This document shows positions 45,520 to 59,717 of a stretch of 64,000 nt of DNA, piece after piece. The notes below the pieces were generated by a model. It was not told where the DNA came from. It did no database searches and saw nothing but the letters and a program-made list of their open reading frames with translations. The stretch is from Eledone cirrhosa (taxonomy: Eukaryota). The stretch's first letter is position 1. Each line of letters opens with the position of its first letter. The translations under genes and the position numbers were made by a program. The DNA lies in the NCBI GenBank assembly GCA_964016885.1, contig OZ024757.1, positions 42,470,001 to 42,534,000 of the forward strand. Reading direction: 5' to 3'.

Positions 45520-45900
45520 CCGGAGGCTCATTAAGGCAGGTGTTTATCTCCGGATACCGTGGTTTTAAGCAACTGAAAATACAAAGTCTTCACTTGGACA
45601 GGACTCCAGTTCATCACAGGGTTAAATCCCGTAGATATAGCTGATACTTATCTTGATTTCCTTGGTGTTAAGCGACTGAGAGTACAAAACTTCCCCGGGA
45701 CGCCAGTCCATTGCAGGGTTAAACCCACAGCTACTGTTGGTACCTATCAGTTTCCTTGGTGTTAAGCGACTGATAGTGCCAGTACATCACTGGGTTAAAC
45801 TCTGTCTCAAGCCTCAGAGGCTCATATGGCCGGTGTTTATCCCAGCTTCCATTGTGTTAAGCAACTGAAAGTACAAGACACCAGTCCATCACAGGTTAAA
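45520..45900. repeat. Tandem partial copies of a SINE-like unit (ccagtccatcacagggttaaa)
   Basis: Four to five diverged copies of gttaagcgactga...ccagtccat..cagggttaaa. Confidence 0.6.
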
Positions 45901-46294
45901 GTCTGCCCCAAGATCCTGGTCTCGCGAGGTGGATAAGTGGAAACCCAGCAGCACAAGAAACAAGAACTGTTAAAAGGGCGATGAACTCCTGAGTCAACAG
46001 CCATCCACCCCAATTATGGGTTAAATAGCCTCGCCAACCCACAATAGGCGAAGGGTGATGAGTACGGTTATACTCCTGAAGACATGATCAAAACCAAACA
46101 GAAAGCAGTGGAGGTCAACCAGGCCCTAGCATTTGTGTTGTTGTAGGGGTGCCATCATGATAGATGGCAAGTCTTGGCTATTTAAACCTGGCAGAGCCCA
46201 TCCCTCTCCACATTTGAAGACAGCCAAGTTCTTCAGAGAAAGAGAGAAGTGACAAAAAGGGAAGAATCAATCCCAGTATTGAATTAATATACTG

Positions 46295-46329
<35 letters not shown>

Positions 46330-46889
46330 AGAATTGGCTGAAAAGTTCATATGAAGGATTGATGCTAAGAGCTGTGATATCTTGCATGCATTAAGGGGAT
46401 CCAGCCAGATCAATTGGAGACAGTGGCTTCTGACAGGACCTACTGGAAGGAGAGTTTGAGGGCTCTGCTCTCCAAATCACCCTCCTAGGAATAAGTGGGC
46501 ATAAAAAACGGATGACGAGGAAGAGAAGATGCAAGCAGTTATTAAAGATGTGAAATGTGTACATTTTATGATACATTGATAATATCTGTGAATTTCTGGT
46601 TGTGTTAATACAAGACAGGGTTAGATATTCCACATATAAAATAACAAGAGAACAATTTAAGTGTAAATCAGCTTTATTTAAATTAGTCTTCCTTGGTCTA
46701 CTTCCACTGCAGCTTCCTGATGATGATTTCTTTTGAATGAAACAGTTCTAGTCCCGAAGAAGCCATTTCTATATTAAACTTTATATATATATCTATACCT
46801 CTCTCTAACTGTACCTGTCTCCATGCTAGCGTGGAAAACAGACGTTAAACGAAGATGATGATGATGATATATATATATATATATACACA

Positions 46890-47385
46890 CATATTGGGAG
46901 CCCCTACATGGACACACTAGAAGAGGAAGACCAAGGTTAATGTATGTTGATGCCCTAAGGACAGACACTGGTCTGTTGGAGACGCAGGACATGGCAGCGA
47001 TAATGAGGGACAGAGACCGCTGGAGAGAACTCGTCCATGGATCTCGGGAATTTTACCCGCCTTAGAAATATTAGAAAAAACGAGGAAGTTTCTTTTACAT
47101 GAATAAGATTTATATATATATATAAGTATATATACTTATACATATATGTATATCTATAAGTATAAATGTTTATATATACATATATTCTACATATCATCAT
47201 CATCATCGAAAAGACCACACAAAACATGGGCGGAGGTTGTGAGAGCTGACCTCAAATCGCTGAAGCTCACAGGGGAGATGATGAAGGATTGTGGCGAATG
47301 GAGAGATGCTGTGCTGAATAGGACCCGTCCCATCCTTACAAGCAAGGAAAAGCAGACATAAAATGATGATGATCATCATCATCAT
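46890..47385 (+). mobile_element. Two short RTE 3'-end fragments
   Basis: WEPLHGHTRRGRPRLMYVD...DRDRWRELV (46895-47040) and RPHKTWAEVVRADL...(GAT)n (47210-47375). Confidence 0.7.
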
Positions 47386-47471
47386 TGTTTGACACCCATT
47401 TCTCCACACTAGAATGGGTTAAATAAGTGGTCCTGTTGTGAGACAAGTCAGTTCAGATGACCGTGTCTTGC

Positions 47472-48494
47472 TCACACAGAACTATTTCGTTGTGTGTGTA
47501 CATCTGCATTTTTAATTTTGTTATTTTTTTGGGAAACCGATTTACTACAGATATCTGAATGATAGGGTATCTCTCCTGAATTAATAATACATTTGTGAGT
47601 GGTCAGTTCACCTGTTTGAGCGAAACACTGACCACAGCTATCACAGTGATATGGTTTCTCTCCTGAATGACTACGTTTAGATTTACTAATGGTACTAATA
47701 ATAGAATAGGATTTACCACAGACATCACAGCAATATGGTCTTTGTCCTGTATGAATACGTTTGTGGGTATTTAGTTCACCGCTTTGTGAAAAACATTTAC
47801 TACAGATATCACAATGATATGGTTTCTCGCCTGTATGAATGCGTTTGTGTCTAGTTAAGATGCTTATTTTAAAGAATGATTTCCCACAGATATCACAGTG
47901 ATAAGGCTTCTCTCCAGTATGAATACGTTTGTGGGTAGTTAGATAACTACTACCAGAGAAAGATTTACCACAAGTATCACAGTAATACGGCTTCTCTCCT
48001 GTATGAACGCGTTTGTGTGTAGTTAAGTCACTGCTCCCAGAGAATGATTTACCACATATGTCACAGAGATATGGTTTTTCCCCTGTATGGATACGCTTGT
48101 GTTTAGTTAAATGACTGCCTGCAGAGAATGATTTCCCACAGATATCGCAATGATATGGTTTCTCTCCTGTATGGATACGTTTGTGGGCAGTTAAGTGACT
48201 ACTTACAGAGAAAGATTTATCACAGACATCACAGTGATATGGTTTCTCTCCAGTATGAACAAGTTTGTGATTAGTTAGGTTTCCTTTTTGAGAGAATGAT
48301 TTACCACATACATCACAACAGTATGGCCTCTCTCCTGTATGAATACGACTGTGAGTGTTTAGGTTACCCTTCTGAGAGAATGATTTACCACAGACATCAC
48401 AGTGGTATAAAGTAGTTCCCTTCTCTTTCTTTATATCATCAGGTAAATCCATCTTTTCACACTTTACTTTGTTCTCACACAAATCCTTTTCCAT
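47472..48494 (-). CDS. C2H2 zinc-finger protein B, 8 intact + 3 degenerate fingers
   Basis: 340-aa ORF with MEKDLCEN leader and TGEKP linkers. The last three fingers lack ligand His/Cys. Acceptor at 48937-48938. Confidence 0.93.
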   Translation of the reverse strand: MEKDLCENKVKCEKMDLPDDIKKEKGTTLYHCDVCGKSFSQKGNLNTHSRIHTGERPYCCDVCGKSFSQKGNLTNHKLVHTGEKPYHCDVCDKSFSVSSHLTAHKRIHTGEKPYHCDICGKSFSAGSHLTKHKRIHTGEKPYLCDICGKSFSGSSDLTTHKRVHTGEKPYYCDTCGKSFSGSSYLTTHKRIHTGEKPYHCDICGKSFFKISILTRHKRIHTGEKPYHCDICSKCFSQSGELNTHKRIHTGQRPYCCDVCGKSYSIISTISKSKRSHSGEKPYHCDSCGQCFAQTGELTTHKCIINSGEIPYHSDICSKSVSQKNNKIKNADVHTQRNSSV

Positions 48495-49064
48495 AATTTT
48501 TTTCTTTTCACCACAATACAGATATTTTTATCTAGCGTCTCTGTTTATATTTTATTCCCAACAAATATTTCTTCCCCTATATTTCCATCAACTGTGATCT
48601 TTGTTGATTCCTTGGTAATCCAAGTTTAAGATGGAAAACTTTGCTGTTAATCTCAGTTCAGTGGAAATATTTCACAGTAATTCCACCACAGATTTATATA
48701 GTGTTGTGTCTGTCTTGTATATCATCTTCATTTAGTTTTAAAAAGATGATATAAATATTGGTGATGCATGAGAGTCAGCTGAAAAGTTTAGTTTGACTAT
48801 AAAGGAGTGATGCTAGAGCTGTAAAATCCTGTATGCATTAATTTCACTCTTCTTATTAATAAACTTGATTTGGTCAATTCCATGAGGGTATCTTGGTCAG
48901 CCCACCCTTGTACTTCTGCCAATGTCCTCTGATATTCTGAAATAATAAAGAAACTGTGTAAGATATAGAAGAAACTTAAAATGTAGAGATTCAACAGTGG
49001 ACATTTTACTGTATTTCTTCTATATTGATATAAAGTGTAGATATAAAGGAGAAGTGTGCTCAAA

Positions 49065-49425
49065 ATGACAAATTAGACGAGATGCAGTTCGGTTTTGTGC
49101 CAGTGAGGGGCCCCACAGATGTTCTCTTCTTAGTGAGGCAACTACAAGAATAAGTTGATCTAGAGAAAGCTTTTGACAGAGTAACCTCATCTGTCATCTG
49201 GTGGTCCTTAAGGAAATTAGATGTAAATGAGTAGCTTGTGAAAGCAAAGCAAGCAACAGAGGAGCTATCAGTAAAGTGGGAGTAGGAAATAATCATAATT
49301 TTATTGACGAATTCAAGGTACAGGTGTGAGTAAATCAAGGAGCGTTCTTCAGACCACTTCTGTTTATCCTAGTCCTCTAGGCCATAAGAGAGGAGTTTAA
49401 GGCTGGCTGCCCATGGGAGCTTCTA
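49065..49425 (+). mobile_element. Decayed RTE RT fragment in the intron of ZNF gene B
   Basis: LDEMQFGFV...DLEKAFDRV...GCPWELL remnants, homologous to 35780-36170. Confidence 0.8.
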
Positions 49426-50051
49426 TAACTGCTACTCATATTCAGCTGGAGTTTACTGGAACAACATGAAATGACGTGTTTTGCTCTAAAACACAATACA
49501 GAACCCCTGTTGGGTAGAGGGATCGAACCCACGACATTATGGTCCTAAGTCCAACGCCCTAACCACTAGGCCACACACCTCCACAGTATATAAACCGTTA
49601 GTTAATATTTCATACAGGAAGATATAATCTAGAATTAAATATATATTACTTACATAACACTCCATTACAACACTGATCCTCAAATATTCTAGCCCAGGTC
49701 GACATTAAGTTATTTGTCCGGTTTTATCTGAACCTTGGCTTAATAGGGTCCGGTTTACAGGGTTTAGTATATATATATATAAATATATATATACAAAAAC
49801 AGGTTTTAAATATTACAATTTTCGGTTTTCTTTACTAAATTTTTTTAAATAAAACGGAAATTACTTTCACAACTTCCGGTGCGTTTCGTTTCTTTCTTTC
49901 GTATTTTAGATGATTTTTATTATTTTTCATTTTTTTTTTTGTACAGTAAAATATAATTTAAACATTTAAACTCACTTTCAATGGTCGATATTCGATAAAA
50001 TAGGATAGAAATATCGATAAATGGTGACAAAGCAATAATATTTTTACTCAC

Positions 50052-50120
50052 CTTCTGCCCCTTTCTGGTGGAGGGTATGAGGAAAATTGGAACGGAGAGT
50101 CGGGGGGAACGAAACAGTGA
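50052..50120 (-). other. Putative non-coding first exon of ZNF gene B
   Basis: Minus strand ...cccgactctccgttccaattttcctcataccctccaccagaaaggggcagaag|GTGAGT: strong donor, homologous to 50480-50554. 5' end approximate. Confidence 0.7.
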
Positions 50121-50479
50121 ACGTACTATTACAACAATAGGTAAAAATCTAGAATTATTTCTTTAAGAATCTGTCGTTGTTTTGTGTGATTTGAATTATT
50201 CCCTCCACGAAATGTATATTGTAATATCTTCCTTGTTGATTCTATATTGATATGTAAATATTTATACAAACATCTACTCTCTCTTTCTCTCTCTGTATAT
50301 ATATATATATATATATATTCTATTTTTTTTTTACCTATATCTGTTAGTTGTGATGTGTTTAATATGTTTGGTGAGATAAAAGAACGAAATAAGCTTTTGC
50401 TAAGTTAACATGTTGTCTTAATGCACAAACACTTTTTAAAATTCTATACACACACACACACACACATACATACTTTAAA
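50121..50479. promoter_or_regulatory. Candidate bidirectional promoter between ZNF genes B and C
   Basis: About 360 bp between two divergent homologous first exons. Inferred from position only. Confidence 0.5.
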
Positions 50480-50554
50480 GTTTCGTTTTCCACCCGACTC
50501 TCCGTTCCATTTTTATCATACCCTCCAACAGAATGAAGAAGATTGTGACTTAAG
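50480..50554 (+). other. Putative non-coding first exon of ZNF gene C
   Basis: cccgactctccgttccatttttatcataccctccaacag...taag|GTGAGT. The donor can pair with the acceptor at 51326. 5' end approximate. Confidence 0.7.
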
Positions 50555-51019
50555 GTGAGTAAAAAATTTATTGTTTTGGTCAACATTTATGGAAATTTCT
50601 ACCATTTTATTGAATATCGATCATTTAAAGTGTAATTTTGTTAATAAGACATCGATATTAATTCCCCAACTCTAACCACGTAGCTTGAGAGATCAAAATA
50701 TTTGGGAGAAGCTGAACCGTTGTCACTGTTGAGTTTCTCACTTGAGGGTGCTTGACTGTTCCAGTGTCTCGGCCTCTCCATCACTCTCTGTAATGACCTA
50801 ACGGGGTTTTTTTTTCTCTAGTTTTCTCAAAAATAGCAGAAAGCAACATTGACTTTCTCTGCTGTAATGTGTAATTCAAAGTCTTTGTGTATTTTTATTA
50901 ATAATCTTTACTGTTATTGTCTATTTACTTTATTCAAACTATATTACTATAGTAATTTTATATCTGACATAGTAACATTTGCAATGTCGAATCTCTACAT
51001 TTTAAATATCTTACGGTTC

Positions 51020-51300
51020 CACAGTAAAATGGTCGTGTAGGAGTCACGACAAAAAACACCCAGTTCCCGCTGTAAAGTGGTCGTGTAGGTGTCACAACAA
51101 AAAAGGACCCAGTCTAAACGGTAAATGTGGTTGGCATTAGAAAGAGCATTCAGCTGTAGGAATCTAGCCAGAGACAGTCCTATATGAGCAAGACATGATC
51201 ATCTGATCTGACTTGCCTCAAATGGGACAACCCGTCTAACCCATGCTAGCGTGGAAAATAGATGTTAAACGATGATGATGATCGTGATGGTAATGATGAT
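51020..51300 (+). mobile_element. RTE 3' UTR insertion immediately upstream of the ZNF C acceptor
   Basis: Same tail family (aacccatgctagcgtggaa...gatgatgat). Other copies at 1-130, 40820-40985 and 55670-55860. Confidence 0.8.
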
Positions 51301-51616
51301 CTTATACTGTTTCTTTATTATTTCAGAATATCTGATGGCATTGTTGTCTGAAGAAAATTGTTTAAGTTGAGATCCTTCACCAATATTTATCATCTTTTTA
51401 AAACTAAATGAAGTTGATATACAAGACAGACACAACACTATATAAATATGTGGTGGAATTACTGTGAAATATTTCCACTGAACTGAGATTAACAGCAAAG
51501 TTTTCCATATTAAACTTGGATTACCAAGGAATCAACAAAGATCACAGTTGATGGAAATATAGGGGAAGAAATATTTGTTGGGAATAAAATCTAAAAGTAT
51601 TTGTGTATTGTGGTGA

Positions 51617-52297
<681 letters not shown>

Positions 52298-53139
52298 CCA
52301 TAAATGTGTTCTTAACACAGTAAAGAAGATATAAGTATGTGATAATAACCTCCCTATAATATATTTTATGGCTGATGAATATTTCAAAAAGTTGGTAGAA
52401 AGCAGTAGAAATATATAAAGGGCAAAGGATGACAAAGAAAACAAAGTAATGTTTTACCCAGTATATTTCAACATATTTCAGGGCTAAAACCTTCTCTTCA
52501 AATAAGAAACAGAAAGAGTTCAAAACAAAAACGATTTGTTCTTAACTGGTCCACATGTCTGAAACATACAGGACTTACTAGAAGGCATGCTTCGCGATTC
52601 TGCCCCCAACATCTCTCCCAGAAATAAGTGGGAAAAGAAGAAGAAAAAGACAATTGTATCTACATAGATTAGATATCATATCTCTGTGATAATTTTTATA
52701 AAACATTCTTCCACAATGCAAATATATATTTTATGTAGGATGCCTTCATATTGTTGTATTTGAGGTTGTGGGTATCTAGATTCAGCATCATCAACGTTTT
52801 AATCTCCATTCTGCATGTTAGTGTGGGTTTGATATGTTTGTTATTCTATATATTACACAAACATATTCTATATTTACAGTCACGTCAGCTATGAGGTCTT
52901 GTCAGCTCATACTTCTAACCTCATTATTCCATGTCAATATTCTTCTAAATAAAGCTTGTTTACACTTAAATTATTCTCCTGTTATTTTATACAAACTTAC
53001 GATCATAGGGTCGTAGCTTCGATTCCTGGACTTGGTTTTGTTTTGTTCTTATTCCACCTTTTAAGGGTCTTCACTCTATTTTATAAGCTATCTTATAGCA
53101 TCTCTGCATATGAGCACATCATTATATTAAATTGAGTTC

Positions 53140-53325
53140 GGTGGATTGGTAGTATCGGTAGAGGGTCGGACGCCATGCTTTGACGCATTGAGTTACGGCC
53201 CTTTCCATTCTGACTTCAAATCCCGCCGAGGTTAACTTTGCCTTTCATCCTTATGGGGTCGATAAAATAAAGTACCAGTAATACACTGGGTAATAGCTGG
53301 CCTTGTGCCAAAAGTAGAAACAATT
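53140..53325 (+). mobile_element. SINE family 1
   Basis: Full-length match to 4311-4500. Confidence 0.85.
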
Positions 53326-54059
53326 ATATTAAATATATATAACTAACAACATATGTCACTAAAACACCCGTGAAGACCAGTTTAATACACCTGAGTAGTA
53401 GACATATAAGGAAAGAAACCAATGTTTAGATTGCTACCATTGGTCTTTCTGTTACTAATACTGTCTGCAGTGGATACTGTAGTAGAACATGCAGGCTTAT
53501 TTATTTATTTTTAAATGTTTTTTTATTCTAGTTAGAGCAAGAAGTGTCAAAAACTAGGTTTGCCAACTTATCAATCTGAAAATAACTAAATACTTTCAAA
53601 CGATTCAGTCCAGCCAATATATATATATATATATATATTAAGACTAAATATTGCGTCTTGTTACTCTGGAGGTTCACATGCTCCTCATGGACCTGAGAGA
53701 ATCGGGAGAAATTCCAGAGTTACAAGACTCACTATTTGGCCTTAATGTAATGTATATTAAAACTACTTCGGTATATATATATAGAGAGAGAGAGGCAAGA
53801 ATCCTACATTATAATAAAGGTAATGGTGAGAAATGCTGGCTAATACGTAATTACCATGTCTGTACTCGTACATATATTTATAAGGTTCCTAGAAATAATT
53901 GTTTCTACTTTAATCACAAGGCGAGCAATTATGCCAGTGCATTACTGGTACTTTATTTTATCGACCCCGTAAGGATGAAAGGCAAAGTTTAGAAATAATG
54001 AATTATATTTATTAAAACAAACAGCAAGAAAGGAGTAGAGGAGAGAAAGAAACAGTAAG

Positions 54060-54438
54060 ACAAACAGAGGGAGGAAGAGAGAGAGCGCTGTGCTAGTTAG
54101 TGTTGGGTAGGGCAGGGAATCATGTCTATGGCAACAGGAAGTTGTAGCGGATTATGTCCCTTGTCGTGTGTCTGCTCCAGGAACTTGTCACAGTCGCTTT
54201 ATCCCAAAGACGGAGGACGCGCTTGTTGAGACAGCTTCTTTTTTCCAGTCCCCACCCCCAGTACCACTACTGTCTCTCTGTCACTCCTATATATATATAT
54301 ATATATAATTGTTTTATATAAACCCTGCCTACCTCTCCACTACTGTACCCCTTCTCTCTCTGACTGATAGGGAGGACAGAAGATATATTTATACATACAT
54401 ATATGTATATATACTGACATATATATATATATATATAC

Positions 54439-54475
<37 letters not shown>

Positions 54476-54612
54476 CCTGGATATATATATATTGAGAGAG
54501 AGATATAGATATATATAGAGAGACATATATATATTGAGAGATATATATATTACACCTGGATATATATATATATATCCATGGAACATTCGGACAGATTCCT
54601 CCATATATTCAG
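54060..54612 (+). promoter_or_regulatory. Candidate HERC1 promoter and non-coding first exon
   Basis: Locally CpG-richer. ETS-like CAGGAAGT and X-box-like GTCTATGGCAAC near 54124-54143. Donor CAG|GTAATG at 54612 could splice to the acceptor at 56002. Confidence 0.45.
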
Positions 54613-55094
54613 GTAATGTGATATGAAAAGGATCGACATTTCTTTCTTCATTTCATCTCACTTCTCATCTCATCTTCATCACATTTCATCGTTGTCACAT
54701 TTCATCTCACATCTCTTACATTTTTTCCTTTCTTTTCGTCTTCATCGTCATTGTTTCCTCTCTCTCTCTACTTCACAACACTATACACAAACACACGTAA
54801 ATGTAGATACAGTATATATATATATATATATGTACAGTGTATATATTATATATACAATATATACACAGCGTTTTGCCCGCGCACATATTTATAAATAGGT
54901 TTATATACATACATACACATATATATATATTTGTATATATATACATGTATTTATAATGTATATATAATAGCATCTATATACTTATAAATAAATATATTCG
55001 TGTGTATATAAATAAATATACGTCAAGAAAGATAGATTTGCTTGTATACTAAATCAATGTCTATACATATGTTTATGTTTATACAATTGTGTGC

Positions 55095-55132
<38 letters not shown>

Positions 55133-55339
55133 CTTTTCAGTCTTTCTCTCCGTATATATAATGTGTATTGTATTTAAAATAAAATGCATATATATTTTTA
55201 TATATTCATACACGTATAAATTTGTGATTGTTGGTGTGTATATAATGTATATAACATAAACATATCGTAGATGTGACTTCGAAGTTTTACCGGCACGGTA
55301 GAGAGTATGTATGTACACAGAAATAGATAGATGCGTGTG

Positions 55340-55389
<50 letters not shown>

Positions 55390-56010
55390 CACACATTTCT
55401 CTTGTCATTTAAGTGTCATAAAATGTTTTTGCCACATATACATACATACTTTGTGTGTGTGTATGCTTTTGGGGAAAATTCTTTCAAGGAAATATGAAAC
55501 AGACTTTTGTACTGCTTATTATAATAAATTACTCTATTTTGAGCTGTTTTTAACTTCTCCACCCATGTTTCTAATTTTTTATATTGTTTCTATAAAAAAC
55601 GATATCCATTTCATATATATTATTATTTTATATATATACACACGTATATATATATTCACACGTATATATGTAGGTGTCATGACAAAATGCACCCAGCACA
55701 CACTGCAAATGGGGTTGGCGTTAGGAAGGGCATCTAGTAGAAACCAAACCAGAAACAGTCCTGTATGAGCAAGACACAGTCACCTGACCCGGCTTGCCTC
55801 AAACGGGACAACCCGTCTAACCCATGCTAGTGTGGAAGATGGACATTAAATGATGATGATAGATACATACATACATACATATAAATATTCAGTATATCTA
55901 ACCCATACCAGCGTGAAATGATGGACGTTAAGGCACACATATATATATTTTGTTGGACATTCTTTTTAAAAATGAATTTCTCTTCCTTTTTCTCTATTTC
56001 AGGCTTTAAG

Positions 56011-56928
56011 ATGAGTAGAAGACAGCACATCAAACTGAAATACATTGAACATTTCAATCAAGGCTGGGCTTCTGAAGACTGTGAGTTAATAGCAAACCAA
56101 GAACGGCTTGACGAATTCTATGAACGTCTGCTACACAACAAAGAAATATGCTGTCAGTTTCCTCAGGTTGTACATCTGAAAACACCCATCTTGCCTGATT
56201 TCGAGCACGAGCAACCATCAGCTGGTGAACAAGAACACTACCTCAGTGCTCTGCTTGGTTGCCAGAAAGTTCTCGCAGAAACTATTTGCTTAACGTCACC
56301 GTTTGCAAAATCATTACAGAAGAGGCTTGCTGTTTTACAACGAATATACTCGGCTGTGTCTAGCAAGTACCATGACCAGAATAAAAGCAACATTGAAGAG
56401 CCATCACTAGATGCAGACAAGTCGAGTGATAATGGCAAATTTGCAGGGGATAAGACGAAATGTGGCTCCGAGGTCCTTATTGAAATGGGCATTAAGACCG
56501 GACTAAGCCTGCTGTTCTCGCTACTCAGACAGAATTGGATCCTAGCTCCACACATTGACAATGTTTGCCTGTGTGACGATGTCTTCCAGACAGCCCTGGA
56601 CGTCATCACCAAACTGCCTCCACTGTCTCTCGCCAACGAGGTGAAGGTCACTCCACTCGGTATGGAGACCTTGAACCAAGTAACCAACTTCCTGCGTGGT
56701 ACAATCGGACCAGCATCCAGTGCTAACCTGGTCGGTCAACAGCTGGCTGCTGAACTCATGTTAGCATTGGCTGCCCAGAGAGGCTCCCTGCGCTATCTAC
56801 TCGAATGGGTGGAGGTGGCTCTGCAAGCTTACGCTGCCTCCATGAAGTCTGAAGACAATTCCCAGAGATCAACAAACATTCATTATGATTTCTTTATGGA
56901 CATTATTCAACAGATGGTCCAGTCAGTA
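56011..56928 (+). CDS. HERC1: HERC1 giant E3 ubiquitin ligase, coding exon 1
   Basis: MSRRQHIKLKYIEHFNQGWASEDCE...LIEMGIKTGLSLLFSLLRQNW...LPPLSLANE...AAQRGSLRYLLEW matches the HERC1 N-terminus. Acceptor at 56002, donor GTAAGT at 56929. Confidence 0.95.
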
Positions 56929-56984
56929 GTAAGTGTTTAAGAGTTTTCTTTTTTCATTTCTTTTTCTCCTCCTCCTCCTTCACC

Positions 56985-57290
56985 CCCTCTTCCTCTGCCT
57001 TATCCCACTAATTCCTGAGAAGGTTGTGGGGGCAGTGTCCTCAAACACTCCTTCCAGTGGGTCCTGTCAGAAGCAACCATCTCCAAATGATCTGGCTGGT
57101 TCCCCAAGCGAGACCAGTTAACCTCATGGATGTTATCCAACAATCTTCCTCAAGGTCTACCCCTGGGTATCTTGCTGGTTGGTTTTGTCCCTAAAATCTG
57201 TCCAGCGATTCTTTCCTGAGACATTCTAACCACATGTCCATAGTATCGGAACTGTGATCTCTCAATTCGGAGAAGTAGTGTTAACTACTT
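56985..57290 (-). mobile_element. RTE 3' fragment in HERC1 intron
   Basis: LLRIERSQFRYYGHVVRM...PRGRP. Related tails at about 46340-46530 and 52540-52650. Confidence 0.75.
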
Positions 57291-57370
57291 TAATCTAATA
57301 ATAAAATAAATACTTTCCCCCGTCTTTGATGTGAAACCCTCTGAGTATTGTGTTGTTTTTGTGATTGCAG

Positions 57371-57469
57371 GGTGGCACAGATAAGTTCCTCACTGTCAAG
57401 AAAAAACCTACCAAAGATGACAATGGATTGATTTCCTTGTATGATGCCGCCATGTACCTGATGGAACAG
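57371..57469 (+). CDS. HERC1: HERC1 coding exon 2
   Basis: GGTDKFL...DNGLISLYDAAMYLMEQ (human DGLCSLYEAALCLFEE). AG/GT borders, phase 0. Confidence 0.9.
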
Positions 57470-57672
57470 GTGTGTATAGACTGATGTATATATATTTTCA
57501 TTTTATTAACCTTAAAATGGACAGTAAAATTCTACTTTGGTATTGAGTACTCTTTTCTCTCAGTCATCAACCACATATGTATATGTGTATATATATATAT
57601 ATATGTATATATATTAGAAATTATCATTATCAGTGTTGCTATAGTTGTTGTTATGTGTTTCTTTTGCTCCAG

Positions 57673-57873
57673 GTTTACCACCTAGCTGTGCATTACGCCA
57701 GCACGTGCATGAGTCCCGATGAAAATCGCAACACGGAGGGCAACTCTTCTGTATTTGGTGCCAACTGTGAGGTGTATGTGTGGGGCAGCAATAGCAGTCA
57801 TCAACTGGGGGAGGGCAGCCAGGAGAAGGTGACCACACCCAAATTGACTTCAGCATTTGGCGATTGTCAACAG
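57673..57873 (+). CDS. HERC1: HERC1 coding exon 3 (start of RCC1-like domain)
   Basis: VYHLAVHY...CEVYVWGSNSSHQLGEGSQEK...; AG/GT borders. Confidence 0.93.
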
Positions 57874-57897
57874 GTAATTGTTGTTATCATTATTATT

Positions 57898-58085
57898 ATG
57901 GATTGGCAGTATCGGTAGAGGGTCGGACGCTATGCTTTGACGCATAGAGTTACGGCCCTTGCCATTCTGAGTTCAAATCCCGCCGAGGTTAACTTTGCCT
58001 TTCATCCTTATGGGGTCGATAAAATAAAGTACCAGTAATACACTGGGTAATTGCTGGCCTTGTGCCAAAAGTAGAAACAATTATT
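57898..58085 (+). mobile_element. SINE family 1 in HERC1 intron 3
   Basis: Nearly identical to 53140-53325, followed by a partial copy. Confidence 0.85.
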
Positions 58086-58354
58086 ATTATTATTATTACA
58101 GGGTCGATAAAATAAAGTACCAGTAATGCACTGATTTAATCGACTTTCCCCTTCCCATAAATTGTTGGCCTTGTACCTAAATTATTTTTATGTTTATTTT
58201 CTTAATCTCTGTTATAAATTATATTTTACCCCCAAAAAATTCCACACTGTATCGTCCTGTATTGTCTTTAATGTCCCCTTAATGTGAGCCCTGTGTGTCT
58301 GATAAAGAAAACATCATTATTATTTTATTATTGGTATTATTATTATATGCACAG

Positions 58355-58586
58355 ATCGAAGCTGGTCAGTTTTGCACATTTGTTGTCCACAATGAAGGGT
58401 CAGTGGCTGCCTGTGGTAAAGGAAGTTATGGACGTTTGGGACTAGGAGATTCCAGTAACCAGGCTGTCCCCAAAAAGTTGACCTTCGACCCGAAATGTCA
58501 AATTAAAAAGATCTCTTCCTCAAAAGGATCAGACGGTCACAGTTTGGCAATGTCAACTGAGGGACAAGTTTTCAGTTGGGGAGACG
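58355..58586 (+). CDS. HERC1: HERC1 coding exon 4
   Basis: IEAGQFCTF...CGKGSYGRLGLGDS...SSSKGSDGHSLA...VFSWGD; phase-consistent borders. Confidence 0.95.
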
Positions 58587-59016
58587 GTAAGACATTTTAT
58601 TATTTCAAACACTTTCTTCTTCTGACTCTTTCTTTAGCTGTCTGTCTGTTGCTGACAATGTCTCTCTTGTTGTTGTTGTTTGGCAGTGTCTGTGTGTGTT
58701 TCTGCATGTGTGTGTATGTGTCTTCTTCTTGTCGTATGACATATGCATAATGGTTAGAGAGAGAGATTGAGGAATCAAACCAAGGCGTCATTCGTAGCAT
58801 TATGGATTGTCTCCAGGCTGCTGGGAAAACATCGAGGAGGCAATCCTGGACAACAGGCAGCACTGTCTGGTCAGGGTTCCCCACAAGCTGGGCCGACTTT
58901 CATGATCTTCCGTCAGATCAAAGTTATTGTCTTGAAGGGTCTGAAACATTAGTTTTTTTTTTGTTTTTTTTTAGAAATATTTTTGTAAAATCTGTTTGAT
59001 TCTTGTTTTATTTCAG

Positions 59017-59096
59017 GAGACTACGGCAAACTTGGACATGGAAACACAGTATCTCAGAAATATCCAAAGTTGATCCAAGGACCATTGTGTGGCAAA
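59017..59096 (+). CDS. HERC1: HERC1 coding exon 5
   Basis: (G)DYGKLGHGNTVSQKYPKLIQGPLCGK; AG/GTAAGT. Confidence 0.93.
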
Positions 59097-59511
59097 GTAA
59101 GTAAAATACCAGCCTGGCCAAAACCAGTCCTAGTTCTATGAAACAAAACCACCCATTTTAAAGGGTTCCTATTTAAATTTAAAAAATATCTTCCAATATA
59201 GTTTTATATAAGAACCATATATTAAGTTACCTTAGTAATGAAATAACAAATAATTTTAGTAAATCATTTTGAATTCTTCATTTAACACTTTTCATATCTA
59301 CTTGGTAAGATCTAGTTCTAGTTCTATGAAACAAAATCACATACATTTTAAAGAGTTCCTATTTAACTCTTTCCGATACCAACCTGACCAAAAGCGGCTC
59401 TGGTTCTATGAAATAAAGTCACCCATTTTAAAGAGTTCCTATGGTGGTGGTGGTAATAATAATGATGATGATCTGCCAACACCATGATGTATATCCTTTG
59501 CTTTGTTTCAG

Positions 59512-59608
59512 GTGGTGAAGTGTGTGTCAGCTGGTCACCGTCATAGTGCCTTTGTGACAGAAGATGGAGAGCTTTACACCTGTGGTGATGGTGATTATGG
59601 ACGATTGG
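59512..59608 (+). CDS. HERC1: HERC1 coding exon 6
   Basis: [32 protein letters not shown]; borders in phase. Confidence 0.93.
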
Positions 59609-59717
59609 GTACGTATTACTGTCTCTCTCTTTAATTGTCTGTCTATCAATCCATCTATCCATCTCTCCTTACTTGCTTTACATACATTGCTCTATTTATA
59701 TATTTCTGCTACTCTAG

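Noticed and set aside
46710-46765. CTGATGA...GAAAC...GTC hammerhead-like motif
   Set aside because: Stem I does not close at the cleavage site and stem II is weak.
55918-56010. Upstream in-frame Met extension of the HERC1 ORF
   Set aside because: Spans intronic repeat and polypyrimidine tract; the acceptor is at 56002 and homology starts at the 56011 ATG.
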